A DNA stretch of 64,000 nucleotides from Felis catus (taxonomy: Eukaryota), in assembly GCF_018350175.1 (NCBI RefSeq), contig NC_058383.1:24120001-24184000 (forward strand), in the 5' to 3' direction. Within the stretch, counting starts at the first letter, position 1. The number at the start of each line of letters is the position of its first letter. Shown one piece after another: positions 25,407-40,169 of this stretch. Both the position numbers and the translations under genes were made by a program. The notes below the pieces were generated by a model that worked only from the letters and a program-made list of their open reading frames with translations, did not search any database and was not told the DNA's origin.

Positions 25407-25660
25407 TATTTTATTTATTTTTATAATTGTTTTTTAAAAATATAATTTATTGTCAAATTGTTTTCCATACAACACCCAGTGCTCATCCCAACAAGTGCCC
25501 TCCTCAATGCCCATAACCCACTTTCCCCTCTCCCCCACCCCCATCAACCCTCAGTTCTCTGTATTTAAGAGTCTCTTATGGTTTGCCTCCCTCCCTCTCT
25601 GTTTGTACCTCCCCCCCCCCCCACCATGGTCTTCCGTTAAGTTTCTCAAGATCCACATGT
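25407..25660 (-). mobile_element. Short feline L1 3' end
   Basis: tttattgtcaaattg...caacacccagtgctcatccc, reversed L1 3'UTR. Confidence 0.85.
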
Positions 25661-26054
25661 AACATTATTTTATTAAAATTAATTAAAAATTAATATTTAA
25701 AACAGTATTTCTAAATAATTAAAATTCATCCTTTTTCCTCTGAGATTTTATTAATTAATTTACAGTAATCCCAGACTATTTGCAGCCCTAGTCTCTTTGC
25801 AGAAATCGAAACAAACCCTTTCTTCTATTCTAGGTATAAAATTATTGTCCCATATTATTTTTGAAAGTAAATGAACTGCATACAACATAACCCAGTGAAC
25901 AAAGAAAAAGATACCATGAATGCCATCAGTAGAAATAATACTTACCAGCAACATATTTTTAATGACTTCAAATATTGGTATTATCAGATCAGATGAGAAA
26001 ATGATTGTGCTTATTATGTTTAAATATATTTAAAAAATTAAGAATATATTAATG

Positions 26055-27398
26055 AAAAAAGTGAAGCTGGAGATATTACAATTCAAGATATCAAGTTATA
26101 CTACAAAGCTATACAAATCAAAACAGTATGGTACTGACACAACAATAGACACATGATCAATGGAACAGGAAAGAAAGTCCAGAAACAAACCCATGATTAT
26201 ATGGCCAATTAATCTTCAACAAAAGAGGCAAGAATATGTAATGGAATAAAAACAGTTTTGTCTCTTCAACAATTGATGATGGGAAAACTGGACAGCTACA
26301 TGAAAAATAACAAAACTGAACTACTTTCTTTCACCATATACACACAAAAAAACTCAAAATGGATTAAAGACCAAAATGTGAGACATGAAACCATAAAAGT
26401 CCTAGAAGAGAATTTAGGCAGTAATTTCTCTGATATTCACCACTGAAGCATTTTTCTAGACATGTCTCCCAAGTCAAGGGAAATAAAAGCAAAAATATAC
26501 TATTGGGGCCACATCAAAATAGGAAGCTTCTGCATAGTGAAGTAAACAATCAGCAAAACTGAAAGACAACCTACTGAATGGGAGAATATATTTTCAAATG
26601 ACATACTCAATAAAGGGTTAGTATCCAAAATATATAAAGAATGTATACAACTCAACCCCTGAAAATGAAATAATCCAATTAAAAAGTGGGAATAAGACAT
26701 GAACAGACATTTCTCCAAAGAAGACATTCAGCTTTCCAACAGCCACATGAAAAGATGCTCAATATCACTTATCATCAAGGAAATGCAAATCAAAACTACA
26801 ATGTGATATCACCTCACACCTATCAGAATGGCTAAAACCAACAACCCAAGAAACAACAGGTGATGGTGAGGGTGTGGAGGAAGGGAAACCCTCTTGCACT
26901 GTTTGTGGAAATGCAAAGTATGGAAAGAGCCCCTCGACTGATGAATGGATAAAGAAGATGTGGTATGTATATATACAATGGAATGTTACTTGGCAATCAA
27001 AAAGAATGAAATCTTGCCATTTGTAGCAATGTGGATGGAACTAGAGTGTATTATGCTAAGCGAAATAAGTCAGTCAGGGAAAGACAAATGTCCTACGATT
27101 TCACTCATATGTGGAATTTAAGATACAAAGCAGATGAACATAGGGGAAGGGAAGCAAAAATAAGATAAAAACAGAGAGGGAGACAAGCTGTAAGACACTT
27201 AAATACAGAGAACTGAGGGTTGCTGGTGTAGTGTTGGGTGGGGAAATAGGCCAAATGGACAATGGGCAGTAGGGGGGGCACTTGTGGGAATGGGCCCTGG
27301 GCATTATATATAAGTGATGAATAACTAAATTCTATTCTTGAAATTGTTATTACACTATGTGTTAATTAACTTGGATTTAAATAAAAAAAGAAAAAAAT
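26055..27398 (+). mobile_element. 5'-truncated carnivore L1 (ORF2 end plus 3'UTR)
   Basis: Late ORF2 motifs, 3'UTR, AATAAA and A-tail. Confidence 0.9.
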
Positions 27399-27849
27399 GC
27401 TAAAAGCTTGTAGCAAACTAGACATAGAAATGAATTTTCTTAAACTGACAAAGGGTAGCCAAATATAATATATAGTAGTAGAAATTTAGAAGTATTCCAT
27501 GCAAAGGCAGGGGCAAAAAAAGATATTTATCATCATTGCCAGTATTCAACATTGTACTGGTGGTCCCACTTTATGCAATAGCACAATAAATGAAGAATGA
27601 CAATGGGAAAGGAAGAAAAACTCTCATTATTTTTAGATGATAAACCTACCTACATAGAAAAGCCAAGCTAATCTGTAGATAAACTGAAAACTAATTAGAG
27701 AATTAGTTCATATAGGTTTCTGGATAATAATATCAGCATATAAAAATTCAATAGCATTCCTGAATACTAGCAACTTATGTCAGAAAAAAAAGATCCCATG
27801 AACAGTATAAATAAAACCCACAACGTACAAATAATAATAATGTGACAAA

Positions 27850-27916
27850 GGAGGAGGAGGAGGAGGAGGAGAAAGAGGAGAAAGGAGGAGGAGGGGAAGG
27901 GGAGGAGGAGGAGGAG
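27850..27916. repeat. (GGA)n purine-rich microsatellite
   Basis: Imperfect GGA repeat. Confidence 0.9.
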
Positions 27917-27989
27917 TTGTTATAAGGAAATAAATAAAACTGTAAAGGAGTTTAGGGGTAGAATTACAAAACAATGCTAAAAAGAGTAA

Positions 27990-30605
27990 ATTAGAAAAAT
28001 GTCCACCTGGGAAGCTCTAAGCCCTTGTTTTCCATGGAAACCTCAAAAAACAATCAGAAAGGGACTAAAATATCCTTATAGGAGCACTGAAAAACCGTTG
28101 AAGCCTACAGCAACCAAGTGAGTATTTAAGAAAAAGCCATCTTCAAAATAGTAAGATATTTGGTGGCATTTTTACTCATCCTTGCCCAAACCCTCCCTGT
28201 TGCAGAACAGTCTTGGTCGGAGGAGGCAGCAGCCCAGTTCCCTATTACTTCTCCCAAATGAGAGGAGGTTGAGTAAATATAACCTGGCTGGGGACTGCCT
28301 GAAGATTGGTGTTTGTTTTGCTTGGGCAAAAAACTGGAGGGTACTGTTCATGAAAGCTGCAGGAGGACTATAGACCTGCAGACTCCTGGAAGAATACAAA
28401 AAGCCACATGAACAAGCAGACAAGATGCACGCACAGAAGACATAGAATATCTATCATAAGCCTTCACCTAAAGCTGATATCCAAGTTCAGAACACAGTCA
28501 GCTAAATAGTGAAGGACTGCCTCAGCACAGAGCCAGTCGGCAAAGACTAGGAGAGGTGGCTGCTTTGTCAACAGCCCAATTTTCAAAAAGACATACAAAT
28601 AAACATGAATATAAGGCCCAAAGAATAGAATAAAATAAATTGGCAGAAACTGCTCCAGAAGTAGCACAGCTATGACTTACTTGATAAAGACTTTAAAATA
28701 ATTGTCTTCGATATGCTGAAAGAACTAAAGGAAACTAAAGAAAATTATGAAAATGATAAATGAACAAAAGGAGAATATCAACAAAGAGGAAGAAATAATT
28801 TAAAAAAAAGAGAAATTCTGGACCTGAAAAATATAATGAATGAATTTAAAAATTCACTACAGGGGCGCCTGGGTGGCGCAGTCGGTTAAGCGTCCGACTT
28901 CAGCCAGGTCACGATCTCGCGGTTCGGGAGTTCGAGCCCCGCGTCAGGCTCTGGGCTGATGGCTCGGAGCCTGGAGCCTGTTTCCGATTCTGTGTCTCCC
29001 TCTCTCTCTGCCCCTCCCCCGTTCATGCTCTGTCTCTCTCTGTCCCAAAAATAAATAAACGTTGAAAAAAAAATTAAAAAAAAATTCACTACAAGTGTTC
29101 AAGAGGAGTTTGATCAGGAAGAAGAAAGAATCAGTGAACTTGAATATAGGAGACTTGAAATTATTAAGTATGGGTAGCAGAAAGAAAAAAGAAGGGGCTT
29201 ATTCTACATCATCAAACACAGCAGCATATACACATGGGATTCTCAGGAGAAGAGAGACAGAAATGGGAGGAAAGGTTATTAGAAAAAACTTCTGAAGTTT
29301 AACAAAATATATGGATTTACAAATTCAAGACACTTACAGACTTCAAGTAGGAAAACCCTAAGATACCTACAATAAGACACATTTTAATCAAACTGTCAAA
29401 AGACTAAAACAAAGATGTAATCTTGAAAGCAGCAAGCAAGAGCAATTTATCATATATAAAGGATTCTCAATATGAACATCAGTAGACTTCTCAGCAGAAA
29501 CTTCCGAGACTAGAAAGTAGTGGGATGATATATTTAAAGTAAGAAAAAACATCAACCAAGAATTCTATAGCAAGAATCGTGTCCTTCAAAAATAGAAAAT
29601 AAGAAATTCCCTGATAAATAAAAGATAAGGGGGTTCATTACCAACAGATCTACCCTACAATAAATGCTAAAAACAATCCTTTACATGGACATTAAAGGAC
29701 ACTAGACAGTAAATTAAAGCCATATGAAGAGATAAAGATCTCTGGTAAAGCAAAGTCCTCTGACACATATAAAAACCAGAATTATTATACTTTTGATTTA
29801 TGACTCAACTATTTATTTTATACAATATTTAAAAGGCAAATGCATAAAATAATTTTTAATGGTATACAAAGTATAAAGATGTAATTTTTGACAACAATGA
29901 CATGGTGTGGACATGGGAACAGTGGTGTACAGAAATAGAGTTCTGTGTGTGATTGAAATTCAGTTGGTATCAATTCAAAATAGATTGTTACAACTTTACG
30001 ATATTAGATGAAACCCCAATGGTAACCACAAAGAAAATATCTGTACAATATACACAAAAGTAAATAAGTGTATCAAAACATGTAACTACAAAAAAATCAA
30101 CTAAACACAATGTAAAGCATTAATGGAGGAAATCAGGGGCAAAAAACATCAATAAGAGATATGGTAAACAACAAATGGAAAAAGTCTTTCTCTATCAGTA
30201 ATTTCTCTAAATGTCATTCCCCAATCAAAAGGCATAGATTGGCAAAATGAATTAAAAAAACCAAACATGATCCAAATATATGTTATCTAGTCAGACTCAC
30301 TTAGGTTTAAGGACACAAATAAGTTGACAGTAAAAGGATAGGAAAAAAAATTCATGAAAATAGTGCCCAAAAGAGCTGAATGGCTATACTATTATTAGAG
30401 AAAATAGACAAAGTCAATAACTGCTACAAGAACAAATACAGTATTATATATTGATAAAAGGATCAATTTACCATGAAAATATAGCAATTATACACATATA
30501 TGCACCAAACATCAGAGCTCTAAAGTATATGAAGATAACAATAATAGATTTGAAGGGAGAAATAAACAACTGAAAAATATGAGTTGGAGACTTCAGCACC
30601 CCACT
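27990..30605 (+). mobile_element. Old L1M 5' region (UTR, ORF1, start of ORF2)
   Basis: Degenerate ORF1-like (agacttctcagcagaaac) and endonuclease-like (tatgcaccaaacatcagagc) sequence. Confidence 0.75.
28862..29080 (+). mobile_element. Young Felidae Can-SINE
   Basis: TSD AAAAATTCACTACA on both sides. Confidence 0.95.
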
Positions 30606-30609
30606 TTTA

Positions 30610-31325
30610 CTTATTTTCTTTAAATCTTATTATTGAAGTATGTTTGACATACAATATTATATTAGTTTTAGGTGTACAACATAGTGATTAAATTCTATAC
30701 ATTATGCAGGGCTCACCATATGTATAGTTACCAACTGTCACTAGACAATATTATTATAATATTGTTATATTGTTATATATAATATTATAATATATCCCCT
30801 ATGCTATGTTTATCATCCTCATGACTTATTTATTTTATAACTGGAAGTTTGTACCTCTTAATCCCTTTCATTTATTTTGTCCATCCTTCTACCTGTTTCC
30901 CTCTTGAAAACCCCCAGTTTGTTCTCTGTATCTGGAGTCTGTTTCTATTTCTGTTTGTTCATTTGTTTTTTTAGATTCCACGTATAAGTAAAATCACATG
31001 GTATTTTTCTCTCTCTGTATAACTTATTTCACTTAGAATAATACCATCTATGTCCATCCATGTTGTTGCAAATGGCAAGATAACATTTTTTATGGCTAAG
31101 TGATATTCCATTGTATATACATCTTCTTTATCCCTTCATTTATCAATGGACACTTAGGTTACTTCTGTATCTTGACTACTGTAAATAATTCTGCAATAAA
31201 CATAGGGGTGCATGCATATATCTTTTTGAATTAGTGTTTTTGTGTTCTTTGGGTAAATACTCAGTAGTGAAATTTCCAGATCATATGACATTTCCATTTC
31301 TATTTTTTTAAGAACCTCATCACTG
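30610..31325 (-). mobile_element. L1 3' end (L1MA/carnivore type)
   Basis: Reversed 3'UTR and ORF2 end (tccatccatgttgttgcaaatggcaag). Confidence 0.85.
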
Positions 31326-31526
31326 CCTGCTGGGAATTTTGAAATCTCTGACCCCAAGGACCACCTGGAAGAACCCACTCACTTCCTTTTATCATGTATC
31401 ACTTCTTTCTCTATTTCAATTTCTTCCCTTCAAGTGTAAATGTGGTCAAGTTATTTAATGTATAAAATATCTCCTATTTCATTCCCACAACTTTGAGTGA
31501 ATGTTTCTCAAACTTCTCACAAGTGA

Positions 31527-33197
<1,671 letters not shown>

Positions 33198-33349
33198 AAA
33201 ACTAACTTTCTTCAAAGTATAATCCAAATTCTTAGCTTCACCTCTGTTACTAGAATACTATTCATCCTAGAGCATGCAGACTCCCACAACCCCATCTTCC
33301 TGATGTCATAATGACAATGTCCTGTGAACTAAAGAGGAAAGAAAAGCAC

Positions 33350-33735
33350 CATTCAGGCTCCCATTACTACCACCCAACTGACCATAGTACAATAGTTCTT
33401 GCTAAGTGCATCAGTGAAGTTCTAGTTGCTAAATCCAATATACAGGTGTCTGGGTGGCTCAGTCAGTTAAGTGTCTGCCTCTTGATTTCAGCTCACGGTT
33501 TGTGAGTTTGAGCCCCGCATCAGGCTCTGTGCTGACACCATGGAGCCTGCTTAGGATTTTCTATCTCCTCTCTCTGTCTCTCTGTCTCTCTCTCTCTTTC
33601 TCTCTCTCAAAATAAGTAAACTTAAAAAAATCCAATATGCACTATTCAGGCTTTACGTTGCCTGAGACTTTCTGAAGTTTGAAACCTTTGACCATTTTCT
33701 TCTTGAATTTTTCCCCCACTTAGCTTTTCCCCAAG
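33350..33735 (+). mobile_element. L2 fragment interrupted by a Can-SINE (33444-33630)
   Basis: ttgctaaatccaatat...tttgaccattttcttcttgaa, L2-like; SINE with TSD AAATCCAATAT. Confidence 0.6.
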
Positions 33736-34203
33736 ATTATTCACTCTTTCCCAGGTGGCATGTAAACCAATGACTGGCTGATTCAGAGATACAAAAAACA
33801 GCTATCTTGCTTTGATTTGGGACCCCTTGGAAAGGCCATCCTGTTCCAGAACTCTAATGTGCATGAAGACCTCAATTATAAGTGAACTGCACTTATATGT
33901 GAACTGCATCTTCTGCCCAGTCTTTCCTTCCTTACAGTACCTTGTCTGGCATATATTAGATGTACTATTGATAGAACTTGCCTTTAATCTAACATTTTCA
34001 AAGAACACAAAAGATACTCATGTCTTAGATTCTGCTCTTGTTGCCTATCCTCAAAAATTTATTTCTCTCTCCAGAATTTACTGAGCCAACAGTATCAATA
34101 TCAATGTCTCTCATGATGGCCATCTATTATCTTCAGCATCTGCCCATTACCTGTACCTCAAGTCATCAAACTTCTTATATCTTAGACTGTAATAATGTCT
34201 TAC

Positions 34204-34398
34204 TTTTTGGAGCCTTTTAGTGATGCTAAATTGCCCAAGGAACACATCCCCAGAGGTAACAGTCTCCTCTCCAGTCAAAATTTTGAAGGTAGTAGTTTTT
34301 CCAGCTCCATTGAATCCAAGCAATCCAAAGCACTCTCCCTTTTGGATTGTAACAGAGATATTTTTCACAGCCAGAATGACTGGATACTTAAAATATAT
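34204..34398 (-). CDS. ABCA-like exon (195 nt): NBD2 Walker A
   Basis: ttag|[45 protein letters not shown]...KRLQK|gtaaga. Confidence 0.96.
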
Positions 34399-34628
34399 CT
34401 AAAAAAAAAGCCAGAAAACACAATATAGTAAAGAATATTTGAAAATCAAATATAATAAATTTCTCAGATCTCTATGGACCACTACTTCAGACAGTTTTAC
34501 AAGAACTTTTCTATTACACTTGGAAAAATATTCATAGATTCTGACAAACCACAGTGTGTCCCAGACACCAATGACATGTTCTTAGGGATAAATGAAGCCA
34601 GCATATATTGGCCAGTGAATGATGTTAC

Positions 34629-34754
34629 CTTTGTGAGTTCCTTAATAAGTACTGCAGAATTCAGCAACTCCCTAGGCTGCCCCAGGATTCTCTGTCTTTC
34701 ATTTTGTACATCTTCATCATCGGATTCTCCAGATAGTTCCTTGGACACTTTTTC
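34629..34754 (-). CDS. ABCA-like exon (126 nt)
   Basis: tag|EKVSKELSGESDDEDVQNERQRILGQPRELLNSAVLIKELTK|gtaaca; ABCA EDxDVxxERxRI motif. Confidence 0.93.
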
Positions 34755-35060
34755 CTATATTTTCAAAACAAGAATCATAAAAGTAAATTCTATTTAGGTG
34801 TCTGGTCTAGAGTGGATGGTTTTATGAAAGCTAAACTGGGGATAATCTCAAAGATGTTAACAAAGATTTATTTTAGTAATTCCATGAAGTCTTTGAATAT
34901 CACCTCAGCATCGTGTACAACTTGACTGAGTTTTGAATAACAAATAGTTTGTCGGGAGAATGATGGCGGAGATTAGAGAAGGAAAAGTCATCCACATAGT
35001 AGAAATATTGTGAATTAACATGCTACAATATGTACTTTAAATCTTTAAAAGAGAGAATTT

Positions 35061-35370
35061 ATTTTTTTTAAGTTTTTACTTAAATTCCAGTTAGTTAACA
35101 TACAATGTAATATTAGTTTCAGGGACACAATATCGTGATTCAATACTTCCATACAGCATCTGGTGCTCATCACAACAAGTGCACACCTAAATCCCCATCA
35201 ACTTTTTAACCCATCTCCACACTCCCCTCCCCTCTGGTAACCATCGGTTTGTTCTCTATAGTTAAGAGTTTGTTTCTTGGTTTGCCTCTTTCTCTCCCCC
35301 CGACCCCACTATATTCACTTGTTTTGTTTCTTAATTCTACATGTCAATTAAATCATATGCTATTTTTTTT
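35061..35370 (-). mobile_element. Short L1 3' end
   Basis: Reversed carnivore L1 3'UTR; TSD AAAAGAGAGAATTT / AAAAGACAGAATTT. Confidence 0.85.
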
Positions 35371-35899
35371 AAAAGACAGAATTTCTTTTAAGCATTCAGA
35401 GAAGTGATTTTTATAACTTGGATCTTTAAGAAGGAAATCATCCCAAGAGGAATGGAAATTCTAAAAAACAGCCATGAATTCTAAATAATGAATAACTTTT
35501 TCCAAAATTAATCAGGAATAGAAGCAAGAAAATCAGCAAGGCTTAACTAGACTTTCCCTAAGAAATGCCTGGACCTTATGGCCTATATTTGCAGGATAAA
35601 TATTACAAGATAACATTGCTCTTTATGATTCTTGACTAGACCAAGTAGCTTTAGGAAACTGATATCAAGATGGTAGAACAGAAATTTGGCATAATTTTAC
35701 CAACTGTTTTGTCCAATCAATTCAGAACATATTCATTTTTATTTACACAAATTAAAAAAATTAGGATTACATAGCATCTTGTTTTTTCCAGAACTGGACA
35801 CCTCAGGAAAAACTGCAGCCACAACTGAGATCAATCAAGTGTGATTTATTACAAGTACAGCATGTTCAACAGTGAAAGCCTAAAGAAGAATAACTCTTT

Positions 35900-37307
35900 C
35901 TCTATGAGGGAAAGGAAAAAATCAGTAGGACTTCACCCTGAAATATTTTACAACTAACAGAATGTCAATTTGAGGAGTTATGTGGATATGTGCCCTAGTG
36001 AAACTGGTGAAAATTATCTAAATAATAGTCATTTAAAGGTTCTGGAAATGATCCTAAGGGCATATAGCAAATTAAAAATTTATTCAATAAATCTACTAAA
36101 CTTGGTAAGAACGGGGAAATCCTGTGGCATTGGATCATAACCCACTCTCTTCCTCCCTTCCTATTGCTCAGAAAAGAACTTCACTTCAGGCAGGTGCAGC
36201 TATGAAAACAAAGCCTCCCCTTCCCTCACCTTTACAATTGAAGGCCAAGTAAATTCTGGGAGACACAGGATATCAGCATTTCTCATTTTGCAGAGGCTAT
36301 GTTCTGGGTGAGTGTAAATGGGAATTTGGGGTTCCCTTCTCCCACCTATTCTCCACACAGGGAATGGAGGATCCTCTACGTTGGGTGTAATGTGGACTCT
36401 AGTTCATTCTTAGGGCAGAGGCTTCATGCTGGGAGAGGTAAGCCAACAAGACCAGAGACTACTGTTCCCTACTGAGTACCCAGCTCCTGAAACAGTGATA
36501 TCACTCAAGAGAAAGAAGCATACCACTGTCTCTGTCCTCAACTTTGGAGCCATGGCTCAGAAATTTTACCCAGGGATAGAGTTAGGTTGTAAAACAGAGA
36601 GCTCATATATTCTCCCCCATAGAACTGCCTTCATTCAAAACAGGATAGAGAAGTTCAAGCCTAAAGATACTCTCAAAACAATGGTGGTTTTGTGTAAAGC
36701 AATTAAGACATGACTGGTAGCTTCATTAGATATATAAATTAACCATAGGCTAGCTACTCTACTAGAAAGAAACAGGGAAAGAGACAGCCATGAAAAGCCT
36801 TCCTGGGTGAAACAAATCTTGAATACTGACCTCAAGCTATTTCTGCAAAGAAGCTCAAATTTAATGGATCTATCAATAGAGCAATTTATGTGTTAGGAGA
36901 ACACATTGTTGAAATACAAAAATCAGCCAGCAATTAGTGGAGCTTAACAGTTGGGTGTGGATATGGAAAGAGACAAAGAGAGACCTTAAAACTACAGTCA
37001 TTCCAGGGTTACTGCCCCCATGCCCAGGTCTGCATCCTCTGAGGAATAATATCAGATGCTTCACACTACAAGGAAAATAGACTTCATAAAAACTTCCCAG
37101 CCAGTCACTTAAACAAACTAGCAAATGACAAAAGTTCCCTAGGAAAGAACAATACCTAGAGAACCAATACACATTTAAAATATTCAGGGGTGCCTGGTGG
37201 CTGAGTTGGTTGAGGGTCTGACTCATAATTTCAGCTCATGTCATGATCCCAGGGTTGTGGGATTGAGTTCCACATCAGGCTGCATGCTGAGTGTGGAGCT
37301 GTTTAAG

Positions 37308-37357
<50 letters not shown>

Positions 37358-39540
37358 TTCATTCTCCCCACTTTCTCTCTTTATCTAAAATAAAAAAAGA
37401 CCTCTTTCTAAAATAAATAAGTAAACAAATAAATAAAATATCCAGAGTTCAGCAAAAATTATGAGATAAAAGAAACAGGAAACTGTGTTCCATACACAGG
37501 AAAAAGAGCAAGCAATAGGAACTGCCTATGAAAATGAAAATGACCAGATGCAAGATTTAACAGACAAAGACTTTTAAAGACTTTTAAAAAGTAAAGTAGC
37601 CATTATAAATATTTTCAAAGGAAAGGAATCCATGCTTGAAGAAGTAAAGGGAAGTATTATGACAATGTTTTTTTTCAAATCAAGATTAATGATAACAAGA
37701 TAGAAATTAAAAAAAAAGAATCAAGTGGAAGTTCTGGAGTTGAAAATTATAATAACTAAAATGAAAAACTCACTAGAAGGGCTCAATAGCAAATTTGAAC
37801 TGGTAGAAAAATGAATTAGAAAACTTGTAGATAGACACAAAGAGGTACCTGAAGATGGAGAAAAAACCAATCAAGAAAAATGAACAAAGCCTCAGAGAAA
37901 TTTGGGATACAATTTAGTGCATCAATATATGCATAATGGGAATGTCAAATGGAAAAGAGAGAAGTAAGCAGAAAAATATTTAAAGAAATGGCTGAAACTC
38001 CCCAAATTTCATGGAAAACATTATATACATCCACCGCTTAGTGAATACCAACTACAATAAATACAAATATATCTGTACACAGAAAAATTGCTGAATGCCA
38101 AAGGCAAGGAGACAATCTTGAAATTACCAGGAGAAAAACATTTGTCACTTATAAGAGATTCCCAACAAGAGTAACACCTGACTAAAATCAACAGCACAAG
38201 AAACAACAGCTGTTGGCAAGCATGTAGATAAAAAGAAACTCTTGTGTACTCTTGGTTGGAATGCACAGTGGTGCAGCCATTGTGGAAAGCAGTATGGCGG
38301 TTCCTGAAAATGTTACCAATAGAACTACCCTATGATCCAACAATTCCACTACTGAGTATTTGCCCAAAGAATACAAAAACACTGATTCAAAGGGATACAT
38401 ACACAGCTACATTTATTGTAGCATTATTTACAATAGCCAAAATATGGAGAGATGAACTGAGGAATGGATAAAGAAGTTTTATATATGTTTATATAAAACA
38501 TATATATTTAATATAAAGCTTTTATATATGTATGAACACACACATATATAATATTTATACATGTGTATATACATATAACTTTTATATATGTACATCTATA
38601 TGGATAAATGGATAAAGAAGTTTTATATATATATATATATATATATTACTCAGCTATAAAAAAGAAATGAATCTTGCCATTTGTAAAAATATGGATGAAG
38701 CTAGAGAGTATAATGCTAATTGTAATAACTCAGTCAGAAAAAGACAAATACCATATGATTTCACTGATATGTGGAATTTAAGAAACAAAATAAAGAAAGA
38801 GAGAAAGAAATGAAGAAGCTGACCAAGAAACTCTTAACTATAGAGAACAAACTGGTGGTTGTCAGAGGGGAGATTGGTGGAGGGTATGAGTGAAACAGGT
38901 GAAGGGGATTAAGAGTACACTTATCCTGCTAAAGATGCTTCTTTTTTTTTTTAATTTTATTTTTTTAACGTTTATTTATTTTTGAGACAGGGAGAGACAG
39001 CATGAAAGGGGGAGGGTCAGAGAGAGAGGGAGACACAGAATCCGAAACAGGCTCCAGGCTCTGAGCTGTCAGCACAGAGCCTGACGCAGGGCTCGAACTC
39101 ACGGACTGCGAGATCATGACCTGAGCCGAAGTCGGAGGCTCAACCGACTGAGCCACCCAGGTGCCCCTAAAGATGCTTCAAGGTAGGGGGGCCTGGGTGG
39201 CTCAGTCAGTTAAGTGTCCAACTCTTGATTTCAGCTCAGGTCATGATCTCATAGTTTGTAGGGTTGGGGTCTGCACTCAAAGCGTGGGGACTGCTTGGGA
39301 TTCTATCTCTCTGCCGCTTCCCACCTGCACACACAATCTTTCTATAAACAAACAAACAAACAAACATTAAAAAAATGTACAGTTATGATAAGCACTGAGT
39401 AATGCATAGAATTTTTTGAATCACTCTATTGTGCACCTGAAACTATAGCATATAACATTTTATGTTAACTATATATACATATAACATATAACATTTTATG
39501 TTAACTATACGGGAATTAAGATTTAAAACTTTTTAAAAAT
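35900..39540 (+). mobile_element. L1 fragments (old 5'/ORF1 region, then a carnivore L1 3' end) carrying SINEs
   Basis: ORF1-like A-rich region; VQPLWKAVWRFLKMLPIELPYDP (ORF2 C-terminus) at 38244-38471. Confidence 0.75.
37187..37440 (+). mobile_element. Older Can-SINE with (CT)n
   Basis: ggggtgcctggtggctgag head, long CT run. Confidence 0.85.
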
Positions 39541-39750
39541 ATGGGGCGCCTGGGTGGCTCAGTCGGTTGAGCGTATGACTTCGGCTCACATCATGATCTC
39601 GTGGTCTGTGAGTTCGAGCCACTCGTCGGGCTCTGTGCTGACAGATCAGAGTCTGGAGCCTGCTTTGGATTCTGTGTCTCCCTCTCTGTCTGCTCCTCCC
39701 CCACTCATGCTCTGTCTCTCTCTCAAAAATAAATAAACATTAAAAATTTA
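38942..39750. mobile_element. Cluster of three Can-SINEs (38942-39167 minus, 39186-39375 plus, 39543-39750 plus)
   Basis: SINE heads and tails; the first has TSD CTAAAGATGCTTC. Confidence 0.9.
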
Positions 39751-40169
39751 AAACTTAATAAAAATAAATAAAATATAAACATGTACAGGCAAAATGCAGT
39801 AAAATGAATTGCTCGATACTCGTTACTTTGTTTTTTAAACACGGCAATACAACAAACAAGTATTTGGAAAAAAAGTATCTAATCATGGAAAATGACATTG
39901 CCATTCCCTGACTTATCCTAAGTAAATAATTGTGACTAGTTATGTTAGATGATACTCTTTTTAGTGGCATTATGCACAGCTGCTAGTATAGGTTGGAGTG
40001 GACAAGTTAAGAAGAGAGATATGCTGCTGTAAGACTGAGTCTAAGTCTGCTTCAATTCTGCCTTCAAAATCTCATGTGAATCTCCTTCCGTAACAACTCT
40101 AAATTGGGATAATACAGGGAAGGGGATTCTGGAAAATAAGGTTCTGGCTTAGCTAAGTTGGCTTTATGC

